The notes: a model not told the origin generated them from the sequence alone. Positions 1-15,044 are shown, counted from the first letter of the stretch. The stretch is DNA of 64,000 nucleotides from Enoplolaimus lenunculus (GCA_030248215.1 JASANG010002509.1:1-64000); one strand, 5' to 3'. Translations and numbers: made by a program.

Positions 1-417
1 TATGCTTATACTACTGTTCCGCACCTGTTCTTTACATTGGCCGGTTTAGGCTTAGGCTTAAGCTTAACCAATGGATCTTACAATTAAAACAGGTTGAACA
101 ATCCGGTGCTAAATAGTCTTCTACATTATTGGCGAAACCAGGGAAATGAAGCAGATGTAGTTCCCACCGACACTGCCGTGCTGAAAATTTTGTGATGCAA
201 ATAGTTCATCTGTAGCTAGCAACCCCTTTTTTCTGGCCCAATAGATATCAAAATATGGCGAGAACACAAATGCAAGCAACATTTTAAACTTTCATCATAA
301 ATGGTCAAAATTTAATTTAAATATTGAAAATTTTGCTAAACACTCGTTTTGAAACAGTAAAATCTAGAAAAAAGGAAAAGTATCCTTTCCTACCGGAAAA
401 TCCTGTATCCGCCATTA

Positions 418-857
418 CCGTATTGATCCGAATAAGACAGGGGACTGATATCTGTTTGGCCTGTCCAGACGGTGCCCCCCCGTTATTTGGTTACGGACTG
501 TTATTCATTTTTAACCCCTCGCGCCGCCCTTCGTTACTGAACTATATCCGGTGTTGCCACTATCCGTTAAACTGAAGGTTTAGTGGTCTTGAATCAAAAG
601 CATGAGCGATAATGCAAGGTTATACTTAGGAATATACTTTCAAATCTCAAGTACGCTTTAACGTTACGAACTCAACTTTATTTGGGCCTGGAGTCATTTA
701 TGCGCTGTAATTAGAGATAATTGACATTTATGGGCTCTAATAGGGTTTAGGGGCTCTATCCGCTTACGGACTCTTATTGGGATACGGAGTCTTATTGATT
801 GCATTCAAAATGGGGACCCCCTCTTACTACCACACCCTTTTATTCAGGTCACTACAG
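418..857. mobile_element. Tc1/pogo-like MITE (TA TSD)
   Basis: TA|ccgtattgatccgaata … tattcaggtcactacag|TA; inverted homologue at 31457-31870. Confidence 0.6.
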
Positions 858-1102
858 TACTCTATATGCACCATATGCGGCGTAGGCATGTCAGGCGCTA
901 TAGCCTGCTGGATATGCTTTTAGATCTAAAAATAATAATCAGATTCTCAATGCTAATGGAATATATAGTAAATTACACGAAGAGCTTCCATTTGATGATG
1001 CATTTGAAAAACATACAATACGACTCTGTTGTCTTATACCAGCCATGAACTAAACAACAATGCTAAAATTTAATTATAATATATTGTTCCTTTTAAATTT
1101 CG

Positions 1103-1291
1103 GGCCAATGTAAACAACAAGAGCGAAACAGTATAAGCATATTCCTAAACCTAAGCTTAAGCATAAAAATGGGCGCATTCCTAAGCCTAAGCCTAAGTCT
1201 AAGCCAAGCAAAAAAAATTAGTCTAAAGCTTAAGCTTTAACTCAATTGCAGTCCCACAGAAAAACGTTCCGCCCCTGATCTTTGCATGGAC
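1103..1291 (+). mobile_element. Telomere-repeat MITE, family A (degenerate right end)
   Basis: ggccaatgtaaacaac… internal cctaag repeats …cctgatctttgcatgg. Confidence 0.75.
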
Positions 1292-1894
1292 TTTCGTCCG
1301 CGATGCTAAATATAGTAAATATTGAGTTCAACTATTTTCAGTCGAACTGTAGGAAGCACACAAATTTCATAAAACAACAGCTCGCTCGCGGGCGTAAAAC
1401 TTTTCTCGGTAAGCTAAAGTGATTTTTTTCGCTATTTTTAAGCTAAATTTATTTCGATTCGATAATCAGATTTAGTTTTCATGTTTCAAAAATGAAGTTT
1501 TTAACGCTTTTTTTAAAGTTGTTTTGGATTTGAGACCGCAGTATTTTGTTTTGAGGTCGCAATTGATTTGAACGTAATGATTAAACAAATAAAATGCTTA
1601 AGTTGCTTAAGCCACTCTACTGTGCCATTTAGTGCCTGTGTCATCTTGTAACCTGTTGACCTAACCGATTATTGCAAACAGTTTTTAACTGGATCAAAGC
1701 GACTGATAGAAAACCGCTTTGATGGTTCATTTTTGGTTACAGGTTGTAATAATTGCATTTTAGGCAGTTTAAAATAACACATTTGTGTTCCGTCGTCTTG
1801 TAGAACTGGTTAGGATTAAACATTAAACTTCAAACAAATATTTAGGTTCTCAAATCTATTCAATTCCATCGAATTTTACCGGTGTAAACCAGTT

Positions 1895-2588
<694 letters not shown>

Positions 2589-2789
2589 TATATGTAAGCA
2601 TCAGCAGAAAATCACGCATATTTTAAAATATATACAATAAAATAATGAAACTTATTTTTATAAAACACTCATTTTTCATTACTTTTCAAATATTTATGAC
2701 TTTTTTGCCTTAAGCTTTTTTTGAAAGCCGTTCTATATACAAATTTTAACATTTTCTGTCGCGTAGTACCTATATCATGGTAGGTTTTG

Positions 2790-3049
2790 GGCCAATGTAA
2801 AGAACAGGTGCGAAACAGTATTATAAGCATATTGCTGAGCGTAAGCCTAAGCCTAAAAGCCTATAGCGTAAAAATAAGTTTTTTCTTAAACCTAAGCCTA
2901 AGCCTAAGTGTAAGCCTAAGCCTAAGCGTAAAGAATGGGTTTATTCCTAAACCTAAGCTTAAGCCTAAGCCAAGCAAAAAATCAGACTAAAGTTTTATTC
3001 TATTCTAGTGCACCACGAAAACGTTCCGACCCTGATCTTTACATGGGCC
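2790..3049 (+). mobile_element. Telomere-repeat MITE, family A
   Basis: TIR ggccaatgtaaagaacagg / cctgatctttacatgggcc; TSD aggttttg/agtttttg. Confidence 0.85.
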
Positions 3050-3524
3050 AGTTTTTGCAAGACTATAGCTTAAATTTAATAGGCGCTACGTGCACAGCCA
3101 TGAAGATTATTATTGTTAGCAACATTCGCTTGTTTGGATATTTAGACTGATTGAGCTAATTTGACAGCTAAGGTGGTTTTTTGTTTTGTTTTGAAATTCA
3201 ATTAGTTTTATTATAGTTTACGCATCGGACGCAAAACTATTTGTCGACCCCAGTAATCCTGGTTTTATTGTTAGTATTCTTAAATGTGTGTAGCACCTAT
3301 CACCAATTAGTATTAATAGGTTTTCATCGGACAATCGAATTTAAACCGCTTGAAATGCCAAAATCGCGGCAACAATGCGGACGCATTCGCTAAAAAATAT
3401 GGCAAATTTTGAAACTGTCCATTAGCTGGTACGATACTTACAGAGAACTGTTTAGCGTCAACCGGGGTTCGGTGTTACATATATTTGAGAATATGAGCAT
3501 AGATCTATAGTGCATCGGCAAAAG

Positions 3525-3706
3525 CTGCAATACTTTAAAGGGCGTGCAGGTTTCTGGTGAGTCCATAATATAGTAGGTTTAGATTCTAGATTACATGTGT
3601 TTGCTTAGGCTTTGGTTTAGGCTTAGGAACACATTTTTGCAACGCGTAGGCTTAGGCTTAGGAAAACGCTTAATCTACTGTTGCACCTCTTAATGTAACA
3701 TTGGCC
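3525..3706 (-). mobile_element. Telomere-repeat MITE, family B (degenerate)
   Basis: aggtttagattctagattaca…ttaggc…aatctactgtt…aacattggcc. Confidence 0.7.
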
Positions 3707-4156
3707 CGAATTTAATTGTACTCACATTTGCACAGTTTAAACTGGAATGCCCGCGCTACGTAAGTTGCACACCGTTTGAGCTTTGGTTTTAAAATTTCTA
3801 GACCAAGATCACAAAACAAAGGTTTGGCCATTAAAATTCTCCGGCGACACCATTCAAACATTAATTGTAAAACAAATATTACCAAAAATCTGCATTGGCA
3901 TTTTCAACTGTGTACAGTGCCGGCGGATGCGCCCCCAATTCCGCAATTTGAGGGGTGGTGGCCATTGGAGGCCGCACCTTGACGAACTCAAAAAGTCTTT
4001 CGAGAAGCACGAACTTATTGAGCTGTGAAACATTTCATTGAAGCCCCTAGGAACCTGTTTGGGGGCAGCCGGCGGCTCTAACTGTGCACTGCCCCTATCA
4101 CCAGTTAGTATATCATATGTAATACGCTGCAAATATCGAAGTGCCGTACATACAGA

Positions 4157-4806
4157 CAGCGCCGGAGCAGTCACCCCCCCCATACCCCCCATTTGAGGGA
4201 GTTCCACCCCTGAAAGGGCCCCTACCCTAAACTGAATAAAACAAAAACCTCCGAAGTATTCAAGTACGTCTAGCTTCTCACTCGCTTCGCTCGCAAATTT
4301 GACACTATCCTACATTTTAACGCGATTTTTAAAATGGTTTTAGACACTACACTGGCCTTACAGTAACCACCAGGATACTAAATGCTAACAAAGTTTCTCG
4401 CTCGCTGCACTGGCTGGGTTTCAATTTTACTTAAACTCGAGATAAACTCTCATGAAACGAAATAATAAAAAATGTAATGAAAGAAAGTATTAAGTGAGGT
4501 GTGCCGTGTGCTGTCTCCCCTCGTTAAAGCATATGAAGAATGTATATAAAAGGTTTTACCTAAAATATGAGCTGTTTAGATACTTTAAAAGAAAATGACA
4601 AAAAAATTTCACAGAGTTTGATTCATTCTAAAGATGGCTTCACTTTCTAAATCAATCATTTTGCAACTTTAGAACGAAACTGTTTTCGGGAAGGTGTCCC
4701 ACCGCCATCAAACATGAGCGTGAGCTCGGACAACCTTAGATCAACCATCGATAAATTGTGTATCGACATCTACGCTGGGGGCCTACCCCGGTCCGCTCCG
4801 GCACTG
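4157..4806. mobile_element. TIR element cagcgccggagc…gctccggcactg (related end at 61686)
   Basis: ~13-bp TIR; partial TSD catacaga/caagcaga. Confidence 0.55.
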
Positions 4807-5635
4807 CAAGCAGATGTGAAGTTTAGCAACATAGCACGGTAAAGTCGAATGCGAAAAGTTGTTACGTTTGGTAGAGCACTATTAACTTGAAAGATACAAG
4901 ACTAGTCAACTAACTATAGGTACTACACACATTTGAGAATAACGGACACAGATCAAAGCGATCCCGCAACAACGGTGGGTTGCTTTGGCAACTACATTCA
5001 CCGGCGGATCCATGGGGTGCCACAAGCGCCACGTCCCCCAACACGGACCTAAATACCTGTACCGGACTGTGACGCAAAACAAATATTTTGTAATAGAACT
5101 AACGTTACGTTTGGCTTCGCGTTTGTTTCGTTCATTTTGGTTTTTACTCTGGTAGCGTGACGATTTCCGTCAGAATTTTGTCAAATTTTACCTGCTGAAA
5201 ACATACTTTCACTAATGTTTTCACGCACAACTGTTGACAAACGGTATGGTTGGATTGAACTTGAGCAAAGTTGTCGTTTCAGTTTGTTTTTATAGGGTGC
5301 TTTTTTGATAAACACCTAGGTATCGCGTATTTAAAAGCTGGTGTCTAAGCGGGCCCGTAGTCAAGGGGGTGGGACAGGGGGGAGTCAGCCCCCCCGTAAA
5401 AATTTCGGCCTCCCCAGAAAAATTTCAGCCATGTTTGTAAGTCGTTGAAAACCCTTGAATGCCACTCCTGAAAAATTTTTTAGCTCACCCTAGCAAGGTG
5501 AGCTGGCTACTGGACTGTGTCTGAATCAAATGGGCATTTTTGTAGACTTGTAAATAAAAACAGTATTGATAGACTGGCTTATACAAAGATAGTGATTTTT
5601 GTCTAAAGTGGTCATAAACATATATTAAACACAAC

Positions 5636-5929
5636 CAGCTGTGGATCCAGGAATTTCTGACAGGGGCGGGGTGGTAAACGTTATGAAATACAAAAATTGT
5701 AAGGCAGTGACTTTATCATTTTATCACGGAAAACTTTTCAGATGGAGAAAATTGTAACGTAAGGACGTTATTCTATAAAAAATTTTTGAGGGAAAAATTA
5801 GGGACATTCTGTTAGTTTTATAAAAAATTTTCTGAGGGGAAAATTATACAGTAGAGACCTTACCATTTTATGACAAAAAAAATCTGATGAGGGGCGTAGG
5901 CCCAACCGCCCCCCTCGAATCCGCTATTG
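5636..5929. mobile_element. hAT-like MITE (cag…ggatcc family; also ~12691-12940, 45368-45704, 54260-54618)
   Basis: TSD aacacaac/aacacaaa; internal subrepeats gtaagg…ccttaccattttatcacaaaaa. Confidence 0.7.
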
Positions 5930-6817
5930 AACACAAACACAGTATATCAGCGTTAATCATTTAGACAAATTAGGTGGTAAAATTTGTTTTCGATCATTCT
6001 GAAGAATTAAAGATTGAGTCACTTCTAAATCACCCGAAGCCGTCTTCTAAGACGGGACTAAATATTGACAGTGGGCAATTGCTGCGGCACAAGAGACGGA
6101 AAGCAGGGGCGCGGCCCTGTAGTAAATGCTCATAGGCCTGTGAATGATTAAAGGGGTCACTAAGGTGATGCCCCTGTTTTGTTTGGAACCTTCGGTCATC
6201 ATCAGTTCAAATAAAAATGCCGCAAGTGTTTACGATGTATCTTTCGATTCGTTCGCTTCGCTCGCATACGTTCTTCTACTATGAAAATTGCGTTCTAATC
6301 CGTGGACGTTAAGACATATTTTTCAATACAATTTTCTCCGACCAAACCCCATTTCAAACTGTAAAGGTTGATACGAAAATTAATTGCTTCACAATCGTAC
6401 GTTCTTGCGAGGGCCGCTAGCTGTATCCTCGAGCCCAGATAAGCCTTATATACCACCCTTGGGTTGAAAATATCTTAAAGTTAAAATTCTACAAAGTGAA
6501 ATTGCGTAAATATTTTATATTCAAATTTTTTTAGTTTTGAAATTGGCTTAAAATCGCGTCCCATCGGTCTGGAGCCGATCCGCGGTGCCTACATCGGTTT
6601 ATGCATTAATCCAAGTCTCAGTTCAAGTTGTCAATATTGTAAGATAATTTCAAATTCATAACAGCGTTGACGTCAACCCGTGTTGCTAACAATCACCTGC
6701 TAATATTTCAAAACAGCTGAGACTGACTTTTTTGAAATTAATTTAATTCCAACCTTAGCTGTTTCATTGTGCTCTGTTCAACAAATGTTATTGTTAATTT
6801 TTTTATGATAAAACTGT

Positions 6818-7779
6818 TATGTCATTGAGCGAAGCGAAACTCCGAGCGAAGCTCTGAGTTTGGCGAAGCGTTTTATGTTTTGTACATGGGGGTCGAAAGG
6901 TGGATGTCCATCCGTCCGTCTGTCCGTCCGAAAAGACTCTCAGGAACGGCTGAACCGATTTTGATAAACTTTTTTGTTTGAAAGCCAATGTTCCTGGGGT
7001 GTTAACTTCGCATTGGGGTTTTAAAATTTTAAGCCGTTTATTAGCTACAGGCTGATTTGCATAATTAATTAAGCCTAAATTAGGACTTTCCACAATATTT
7101 CACTAATTATTACAGTTAGAAGCAATCTAATTTTAGCATTAAACGGTTTTTGGGTGCGAGAAATCTGCGTAGACTGTTTACAAACCTCCAAAACCGACAA
7201 TTGAGCAGGTAGCTAATAGACAATTTGCATATTAGCATAGTTTATAAGCCTAAATTAGGACTTTTTACGATGTTTCACTAATTATTAAGGATAAAAGCAA
7301 TATAATTTCAGCACTAAAGGGTTTTTGGCGCGAGGAATTTGAATAAATAGTTTACAAACATCCAAAACCGATAATTGAATAGTTAGCTAATAGCTAATTT
7401 GCATATTAGCTTAATTGACGAGAGAAAACTAGGACTTTTTAAATTATTTCAATAATTATTAGGGTTTACTGAAGGTTTTTGGGTGCGAAGAATCTGAATA
7501 AATTATTTACAAACCTCCAAAACCGATAATTGAATAGTTAGCTAATAACTAATTTGCATATTAGCTTAATTGACAAAACAAAATTAGGACTTTTTAAATT
7601 ATTCCAAAAATTATTAGAGTGACTGAAGGTTTTTTGGGTGCGAGGAATCTGAGGAAATTGCTTACAAACCTCCAAAACCGATAATTGAATAGTTAGCTAA
7701 GAATAATTTGCATATTAGCTTAATTGCTTACGTGCGTTCGAGCTTCGCTCAATAAATGTAGTCCAACTACGACTGGTTT
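6818..7779 (+). mobile_element. DINE-1/Helentron-associated (HINE)-like element with ~120-bp internal tandem repeats
   Basis: Sub-TIRs attgagcgaagc / gcttcgctcaat; (gtcc/gtct)n microsatellite; 'aaccgattttgataaact' core; 3' hairpin gtagt-cca-actac; ~6 repeats at 7040-7730. Confidence 0.7.
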
Positions 7780-8813
7780 ATGAACAGTAGCTGGTCTCTA
7801 AGACTTATCTTCTTGATAACATTAAGATAATTGCTTGAGTTTGAAATTTGAGTGAATTAGCAATTGTCGATACGTTGATGTGAATTTGATTTAAATAGTA
7901 TATGGCTATAACACGGTATTTACAATGACCACTGAGCTATAGGAGTTTGACGCTCCGGCCCGAGGGGGCTCTCGCGTCATGCGGAGATTTGACACTGCTC
8001 ATAAAGGTTGGAATTGTTAAACACTGATCACAGTGTCTGTGTTACTCGTTAATTATTTGTTGTTTAGTTGCTCATAGTATACTCTATGAGAGAAAGGGTT
8101 ATAGATACTAACTAAGAATTTTCCCATTAAAAAATCGACAGCGAGTGGTACATCTATTGCAAGGATGTCATTGTACTCATCAATTCCGCATCCCGAATTG
8201 CGCTCCTACCGCGTGGGACAGGCATCAAGGCAACGTCGCAATTACAGACATTTTTCGTGGACTTGCACTTAAGGAGCCGCTGGTTGCGGTACGGAACGAA
8301 CCTTGTGTTTGTAGATACTTAAAATATTATTTTTTGGTTTTAAAAACTTCGATTTTGCAAGCATATTTTTACTTTTATTAAATGAATATTTTTCAAAAAT
8401 TCGATGTTATGAATGTTATTGAATCGTTATTCAAAAAATATGAAAATTTCTTCGAAATCAACTCCAATGCTTTGTTGTCTGTAGTTGTTTGCTTCATAAA
8501 TTCAACTAAAATTAGGTATCACAACAGCTCCTACAATCAGAAAATAACAATAATCTCAATTTTGCATTTGATTGCTTTTAAAGCCATTAATATTTTGTTG
8601 GTAAACAACGCCTATGAGTAAAGACCTTACATATTTTAGCAGAAAAGGTAAATAGATTAAACATTCAAATGGCACTGTTCAAAGCAAGAGATTTATCTCG
8701 AAGTGATAAGCTTAAAGTGGTGCTATCTAAAATTATGCAGCTTTAATAATTATACCTACACTTTTCTGATAAATAAGGTAAAGGATTTCCACCAGTAAAC
8801 TGTTTGAAAGTCT

Positions 8814-8961
8814 GCCCCATGTAAAGATTAGGGGCGGAACGTTTTTCTGTGGGACTAGAAAATAGTAAGCTTAAGCTTGAGACTAATTTTATTGCTTGGC
8901 TTAGGCTTAGGCTTAGGAATAAGCTTATAATACTGTTCCGCTGCTGTTCTTTACATTGGCC
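8814..8961 (-). mobile_element. Telomere-repeat MITE, family A
   Basis: TIRs; TSD gaaagtct/taaagtct. Confidence 0.85.
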
Positions 8962-9279
8962 TAAAGTCTCGAAAAACGAACTTTTACGCGATGTATAATC
9001 ACTCATAAATGTCAAAAATATTCTTGCTTGCAATCTTTTGCTTGTAACAAACTTTTAGCCCAAATATCTATTATTTCCTTCTTAAAATCAGATAAAATAT
9101 ACACCCCTGGTTATAATTAATAGTCAATGCGCTGAAATAAGATACATATATTTAGAAGTACTTAAACTCGATAGCTTATATCGATACGCGAAGTTTTGAT
9201 CGCAGACCAGGCACATCAGCCAGGTAATAAAGATAAGGCTATTGAAGAAAATTGTAAATCTTTGATAGTTTGAAATTAT

Positions 9280-9476
9280 TGCCAATGTTACTTTAAGGGG
9301 CGTAACAGTAGATTAAGCGTATTCCAAAGCCTAAGCCTAAGCGTTGCAAAAATGTGTTCCTTTGCCTAAGCCTAAACCTAAGCATTAGCCTAAGCAAAAA
9401 TGTAATCTAGAATCTAAACCTACTCTTTTATAGACTCAATAGAAACCTGGACGCCCCTTCAAGTATAACATGGGCC
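9280..9476 (+). mobile_element. Telomere-repeat MITE, family B
   Basis: gccaatgttactttaagggg … aagtataacatgggcc. Confidence 0.8.
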
Positions 9477-10250
9477 GATCATAAAAATCAACTACATCCA
9501 ATTGTTTGCCTCAAGTTTACTAAGACGCGTCTACTCTTTGCTGGTTTTTTGCAAATTACACTCAGTATTTTTAGACACTTTGATCGAGTTTTCGGTGGCT
9601 CAAACACGCTCATTTTAGTAGTATATTTTCAAAGGAAAAATAGCTTAATTATAGCTTGAGAAAAGTGAATATATTTAACATTTCAACGGCGTGTGACATA
9701 GCAATTATTTCGACAAGAGTTATATTTAAACACGTTTGCTCGTTTTTGAAACTTTATCTTTCCATCCCCAATTCGCAAGCTCTATATTGCTAGCGGGTAT
9801 TCAAATTTTCATAATGGACTCGCATCGATTTGAAAAGACTTACAAGCGACGTTGTAAACGGTTTACAGAAAGAACCAAAATTTTCTTTAGGTAAAAATGA
9901 ACAATTTGTCTCCTGTCTGGCTACGAGCCCGATTTGTATTTTATGTTGAGTAAAATCTGTAACCTAAAATTAGTCACACTGGGGCTGCGTTCCATGCAGC
10001 CTGTAAAACGCATTTCAAGTTGTTTTTAGAACAGAGATTATTTTGAGTTCACGCCAAAGAACAAACGGAAGTGACGTGTGAAATATAAACAAAACATAGC
10101 AACCGTTTCAGTTGAAAAGATTTGTATGCTTGATAATGTCGTATCAAAGTCAAATTGTACAAATTCTAACCCCATGGAACCACGGCCGTTCCTGGAAATT
10201 TCATTTCGCCATCCTTAAATCTACCTCTGAGTGCCGATTGGTTATTATTG

Positions 10251-10459
10251 CACAGCAAAAAATGGTGAGTCAAATTGACTCTCTCCGAAATAGGCTCTAC
10301 GGGACTACACAAACTGAGTCAAATTTGACTCCGACAGAGTCAAACGTGCAACTCAGTCGGCAGAATTTGACTCTGTCGGAGTCAAATTTGACTCAGTTTG
10401 TGTAGTCCCGTAGAGCCTATTTCGGAGAGAGTCAATTTGACTCACCATTTTTTGCAGTG
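10251..10459. mobile_element. Palindromic CACTG MITE (CMC/EnSpm-like)
   Basis: ~90-bp arms cacagcaaaaaatggtgagtcaaattgactc…; 2-bp TSD TG. Confidence 0.85.
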
Positions 10460-10630
10460 TGGACTTAACAGAACAATTTTGCTTGCAGATGCAGAACCAT
10501 TAAAGTGGCACAGGTGACAGGGTTTGTGGCGTGTGAAAAATACAAAAACACCGCCAGCCGGAGCTAGAAGTAAGACCACTATATGAATTTACAAAACGTT
10601 AACAAGAAACAGATCGAGTTGTCAATCATT

Positions 10631-11068
10631 TCTTGATTGTAAGTGGGATAGGAGTGTGTAGATTACAGGAGTACTATGAAAGTTTTCGTATTTTTGAAAC
10701 GTTCCTCCTGGTGTAGCTTTCGACCAGGAGGTGAACATGCTGAGTTATAGGAGGCGGCATATTGCGGTCCTTGTGGTTCTGTTGCCATCGTTCAAACCGT
10801 GCGAAAAAGGCTCATTACGTAGGCTGATGTTTAGCTGTTTATTTGAACAAATCCTGATTGTAAGTAAGATAGGAGTGGGTAGATTACAGGAGTACTATAA
10901 AACTTTTCCGATTTCTGAAACGTTCCACCTGATGTAGCGTCGACCAGGAGGTAAACATGCTGAGTTATAGGATGCGGCATATTACGGTCCTTGTGGCTCT
11001 GTTGCCATCGTCCAAACCGTGCGAAAAAGCCTGATTACGTAGGCTGACGTTTAGCTGTTTATTTGAAC
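10631..11068. repeat. ~220-bp direct tandem duplication
   Basis: Units ~10631-10851 and ~10852-11068, highly similar. Confidence 0.9.
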
Positions 11069-11560
11069 TAATAAATTTAATTGTCAAGTTGAAAACGCCG
11101 TATTGAACTATGCCGACACTCGTATGCTCGGCTTGCTCTTATGTATTATTCATCGCCCGCGTCTGGCTCTATTGACTCGAAAGCTTTCTCTCGTTCCTTG
11201 ATGCTAAACCTTCCGGATCGATTTGGCAACAAATCTTTGGTTGTGGTGGGGCCAGGGTTATGTTTTCCTTACGGAAATAAATAGAAACCAATCTTTGAGG
11301 TTTCTTACAATTCGGTAAAGCATCATTTCAAATAAATCGAATATGCTTGGATAATAAAGTATTACATTTCACAAATGTTTGATATATATAATTATTAAAA
11401 ATTCGAGTATAATGGGGTTGATAGGGAATGCCATACAGATCTGCTTACCACTGTAAGCTTAACCTGCGACCTAAACCTTACCGTAAGGCTAACCCAAAGC
11501 TGGCTGCTATATCTCCAAGCCACCTATGTTTCCCAGTACGTTGGCCGTTATAATTAACAC

Positions 11561-11718
11561 GGCCCATGTAAAGATCAGGTGCGGAAAGTTTTTCTGTGGG
11601 ACTAGAATAGAGTAAGCTTCAGCTTTAGACTATTTTTTGCTTGGCTTAGGCTTAGGTTTAGGCTTAAGCTGAGTAATATGCTTATAATACTGTTCTGCCA
11701 CTGTTCTTTACATTGGCC
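11561..11718 (-). mobile_element. Telomere-repeat MITE, family A
   Basis: TIRs; TSD attaacac/attaacgc. Confidence 0.85.
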
Positions 11719-14700
11719 ATTAACGCTGACAGAGTTGATTATCTGCTTTATTGCCGATCTGAACTAATTTTGTATTGTTTTCACGGTATTAATATTGACT
11801 ACGTATAAAGTTTTGCTTACATTGTTTATATAATCGTTTTAAAAATATTCAACTCTTTGACTGTTTGTATTATTCCTAAAGCCTAAGCCTGAGCCTAAGT
11901 GTAAACATCTAAGCCTAATTTAAATTTAAGACAAAACGTATTTTATTTTTTCAATCTATGTTCATATGAGTTATTAGACAGAGAAATGTATTAACAAGTA
12001 CCCCAGTAACCGAAATCTGGTTCGCTGTAAAATTTTGCCAGCTTCAATGCTTTGACATTTATCCGTTCTTTTGTTTTGCATTAATATTAAATGATACTCT
12101 CTTATTATTATTTTTTCATTTATTTTATATCTCAAATTAGTAATGTTTTAATGAACATAGTTTAATAATGTCCACAAGGCTCGCGGTCAGGAACGTATAC
12201 GCAATGAGTATACGGGGATGTGTTCCGCCGACACTTCTGTGAACAGATGATAAAAAGTATTTTGACAAGTTTAAGAATAACCTTCTTAATCGTAGAGTTC
12301 ATAATAAATATTCTCAATCACAGTGTTGACCACTTTGCCTAGCGAAATTTATTTCGTACTTTTATAAAGGTTGCAATGTTTAACGATTTGGTTTATGCCT
12401 TTTAACCAATTTCTCAGTCTCTATTTGCCAGACATGGCCGACAAAAAAACCAAAAAAAACTCCGTCAACGCTTCATAAATTCATTGTTTAAAGCGTTGAA
12501 CTTCACCTCAAGTATAGCGGATTATGGTTCACCTAATGGCGCTAGCATCGGGTAGTTTTGACCAGAGGTATGCGACTGGGAACATTCTAACAATATACAA
12601 ATTCAAATTTTGGCTAAAATTCAACCATATTATCAGTATTAATAAATACAAAACACTAATCTCTGCTTTAGATACAGCAAAGAACGGAAGCAGCGACGGA
12701 TCCGAAAGAATTTCTGACAGGGAGCGGATGCGGGGCGGCAAATGTTATAGAACGCAAAAATTTTGTAAGACATGTGAAAATGTAAGGTAGGGACCTTATC
12801 ATTTCATCACAAAAAAATTGCTGAGGGAAAAATTACGGACCTTATCTGGTTTTCAAAAAAATTCTGAGGTGAAAATTGTGAGGTAAGGACCTTACCATTT
12901 TATCACAAAAAAATTGCTGATGGGGGGCGTACGCCCACAAAATTTGTAAATCTTATTGACTTTGCTTCGAAAGTTTTCTCATAAATAAATGCTTGCTATT
13001 GTGGCTTCAGAAGGGATTTTTTAACTAAAAGAGAATGAAAAACATTTTATTTTTATTTGGAGTTAAAAAACTTTGACAGGATTTTAATTTCTTATTTAAA
13101 TGTTACAATATTTTAAATCGACAGCCCGCTGAGAGACCGTACAAGTTTAAAAACAGTCAGTGTACGAAGCCTTTTAAAGTTTCTGTTTAATTCGTCAAAT
13201 CATTGTTGTAGCAATTGTTTCCTGTTTTTAATGCTCATCTCTCACAGGCGGGCCCGTAGCCAATGGGAGGGGGACAAGAGGCTGAGCCCCCTGGAAAAAT
13301 TTCGCCCACCCCCTAGAAAATTTTCAACATTGCCTATAAGTTATTGACACCATTTAAGTGCCCCTCCGGAAAATTTTTAGTCCCCCCTAGCAAGGTGAGC
13401 TGGCTACGGGTCTGCACACAGGCCATGAGCCATTTCACTTTGCTAGGAAGAGGGAGGGCTAAAAATGGTTTCGAGAGGGACATACAAGGGTTTTCGATGA
13501 CCGACAAGTAAAGTTGAAAACTTTCTAGCGGAGCCAAAATATTTCCAGGGCAGGGCTAAGCGCCAATGGTCTCTTTGGCTACGGGACCGGTTCACCAGCA
13601 CAAGATCTAAAGGTTTCTGATGGAGACGGATCGTACGATAAATATAGTGACCAGTGAGTTGTAAGCGATAGAAGCTAGATGCTAAATGCAGTTTCAGTAC
13701 TAAATTTTGATACAAAATTTTTGGGTTTGATCCCGTTTGACTGGCCCGGTCTGGGTGCCCCCTCCCTTGCATTCACCAGAGATGTTGATAGGTTTAAAAG
13801 TGCCAGCAGACGGCATAAATTGTGTGTACAAAAGTTGATTGATGCCTGTATTATCAATCGTTAAGATGTTGAGGGGTTTTTTAACCAGGTAAACACCATA
13901 TATTTGGTTACATTGATAAAAAAATTACGTTTTAGGCTCATATTTTGATTATTTACTGGCAAACTGGCAGGTGCAGCCCCCCCCCCCCCGGTTTTAGGTT
14001 TGCGTCGTCAAATGGATCGCGTTGTGTTAGAAACAATAACGGTTGAAAACCATTTTTCTTCTGATGTATTATTTCCTAGTTTTTAGTTTGTTGATTTGAT
14101 TATTAAGCCGGTGTCACGAACAATTCTGCCCCCATGGAAATATGCCTCAACCCCCCGGGTAAATTTTCGCATCAAAATGTCGCCCCTCGGGCAAGTTTTC
14201 ATATAAAAATGTGCCTCTCCCCGGGCAAATTTTCATATTAAAATGGGCGCCCGGGTAACGTTTAATAGAGAAAATTAATGAAAAAATGTCCCTTTATAAA
14301 AATTTGTTCCACCCCCAGGCAATTTAAACTTTGTGCGACATAAAGCTGCATAACGACCAGTGACAGGTTCAGAGTTGTGTATTTAAGCGTCAGACGCGTC
14401 GAATAAGTTTATCAAATACGCCGTTATTATCGCTCAAGGCGTTTATTACGCACTCCTTGTTAACTTGGCTCGAACAGCATTGCTCGCCCAAATTGGCATA
14501 AAAGAGCCCGTTCAGCGCCTGCATATGATTAGCGCTGCCTGATACTGTAACATCCGCAAACGGATTGCAGTCCCGCGGAATAAAATGGTTGCGCCGCCAC
14601 TGATTGACACATCGGCCAAAACATTCATCAACGCTTCAGAGACCAAATTGTGAATCAAATGAAATCGTCAGGATTGCGTCCAAAACCTTCAAGTATATAT

Positions 14701-14921
14701 ATATATACATATATATACATATATATATCACACAGTCGTCTCAATTTATACGCCCTAGTCGCGGACCTTAAATGCAACTGTTTGCAATTCGTTTCAGAGT
14801 TGTTCGGCTTTACAAAACAGCGGTACAGAACAAAATGTTTGAAAGAAACATAATGCGTTTAACGTTTAAAATAGCGTTTTTTACACAATCATTTAATTTT
14901 AATAATCGGCATAATAATCGA

Positions 14922-15044
14922 GGCCAATGTTACTTTTAGGTGCGTCCTAAGCCTAAGCCTGAGCAAAAAATGTAATCTAGAATCGAAACCTACTCTTTTG
15001 CAGACCCATCAGAAACCTGCACGGCCCTAAAAGTAACTTGGACC
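14922..15044 (+). mobile_element. Telomere-repeat MITE, family B (internally deleted), ~180 nt upstream of the GPCR ATG
   Basis: TSD ataatcga/ataatcta. Confidence 0.8.
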
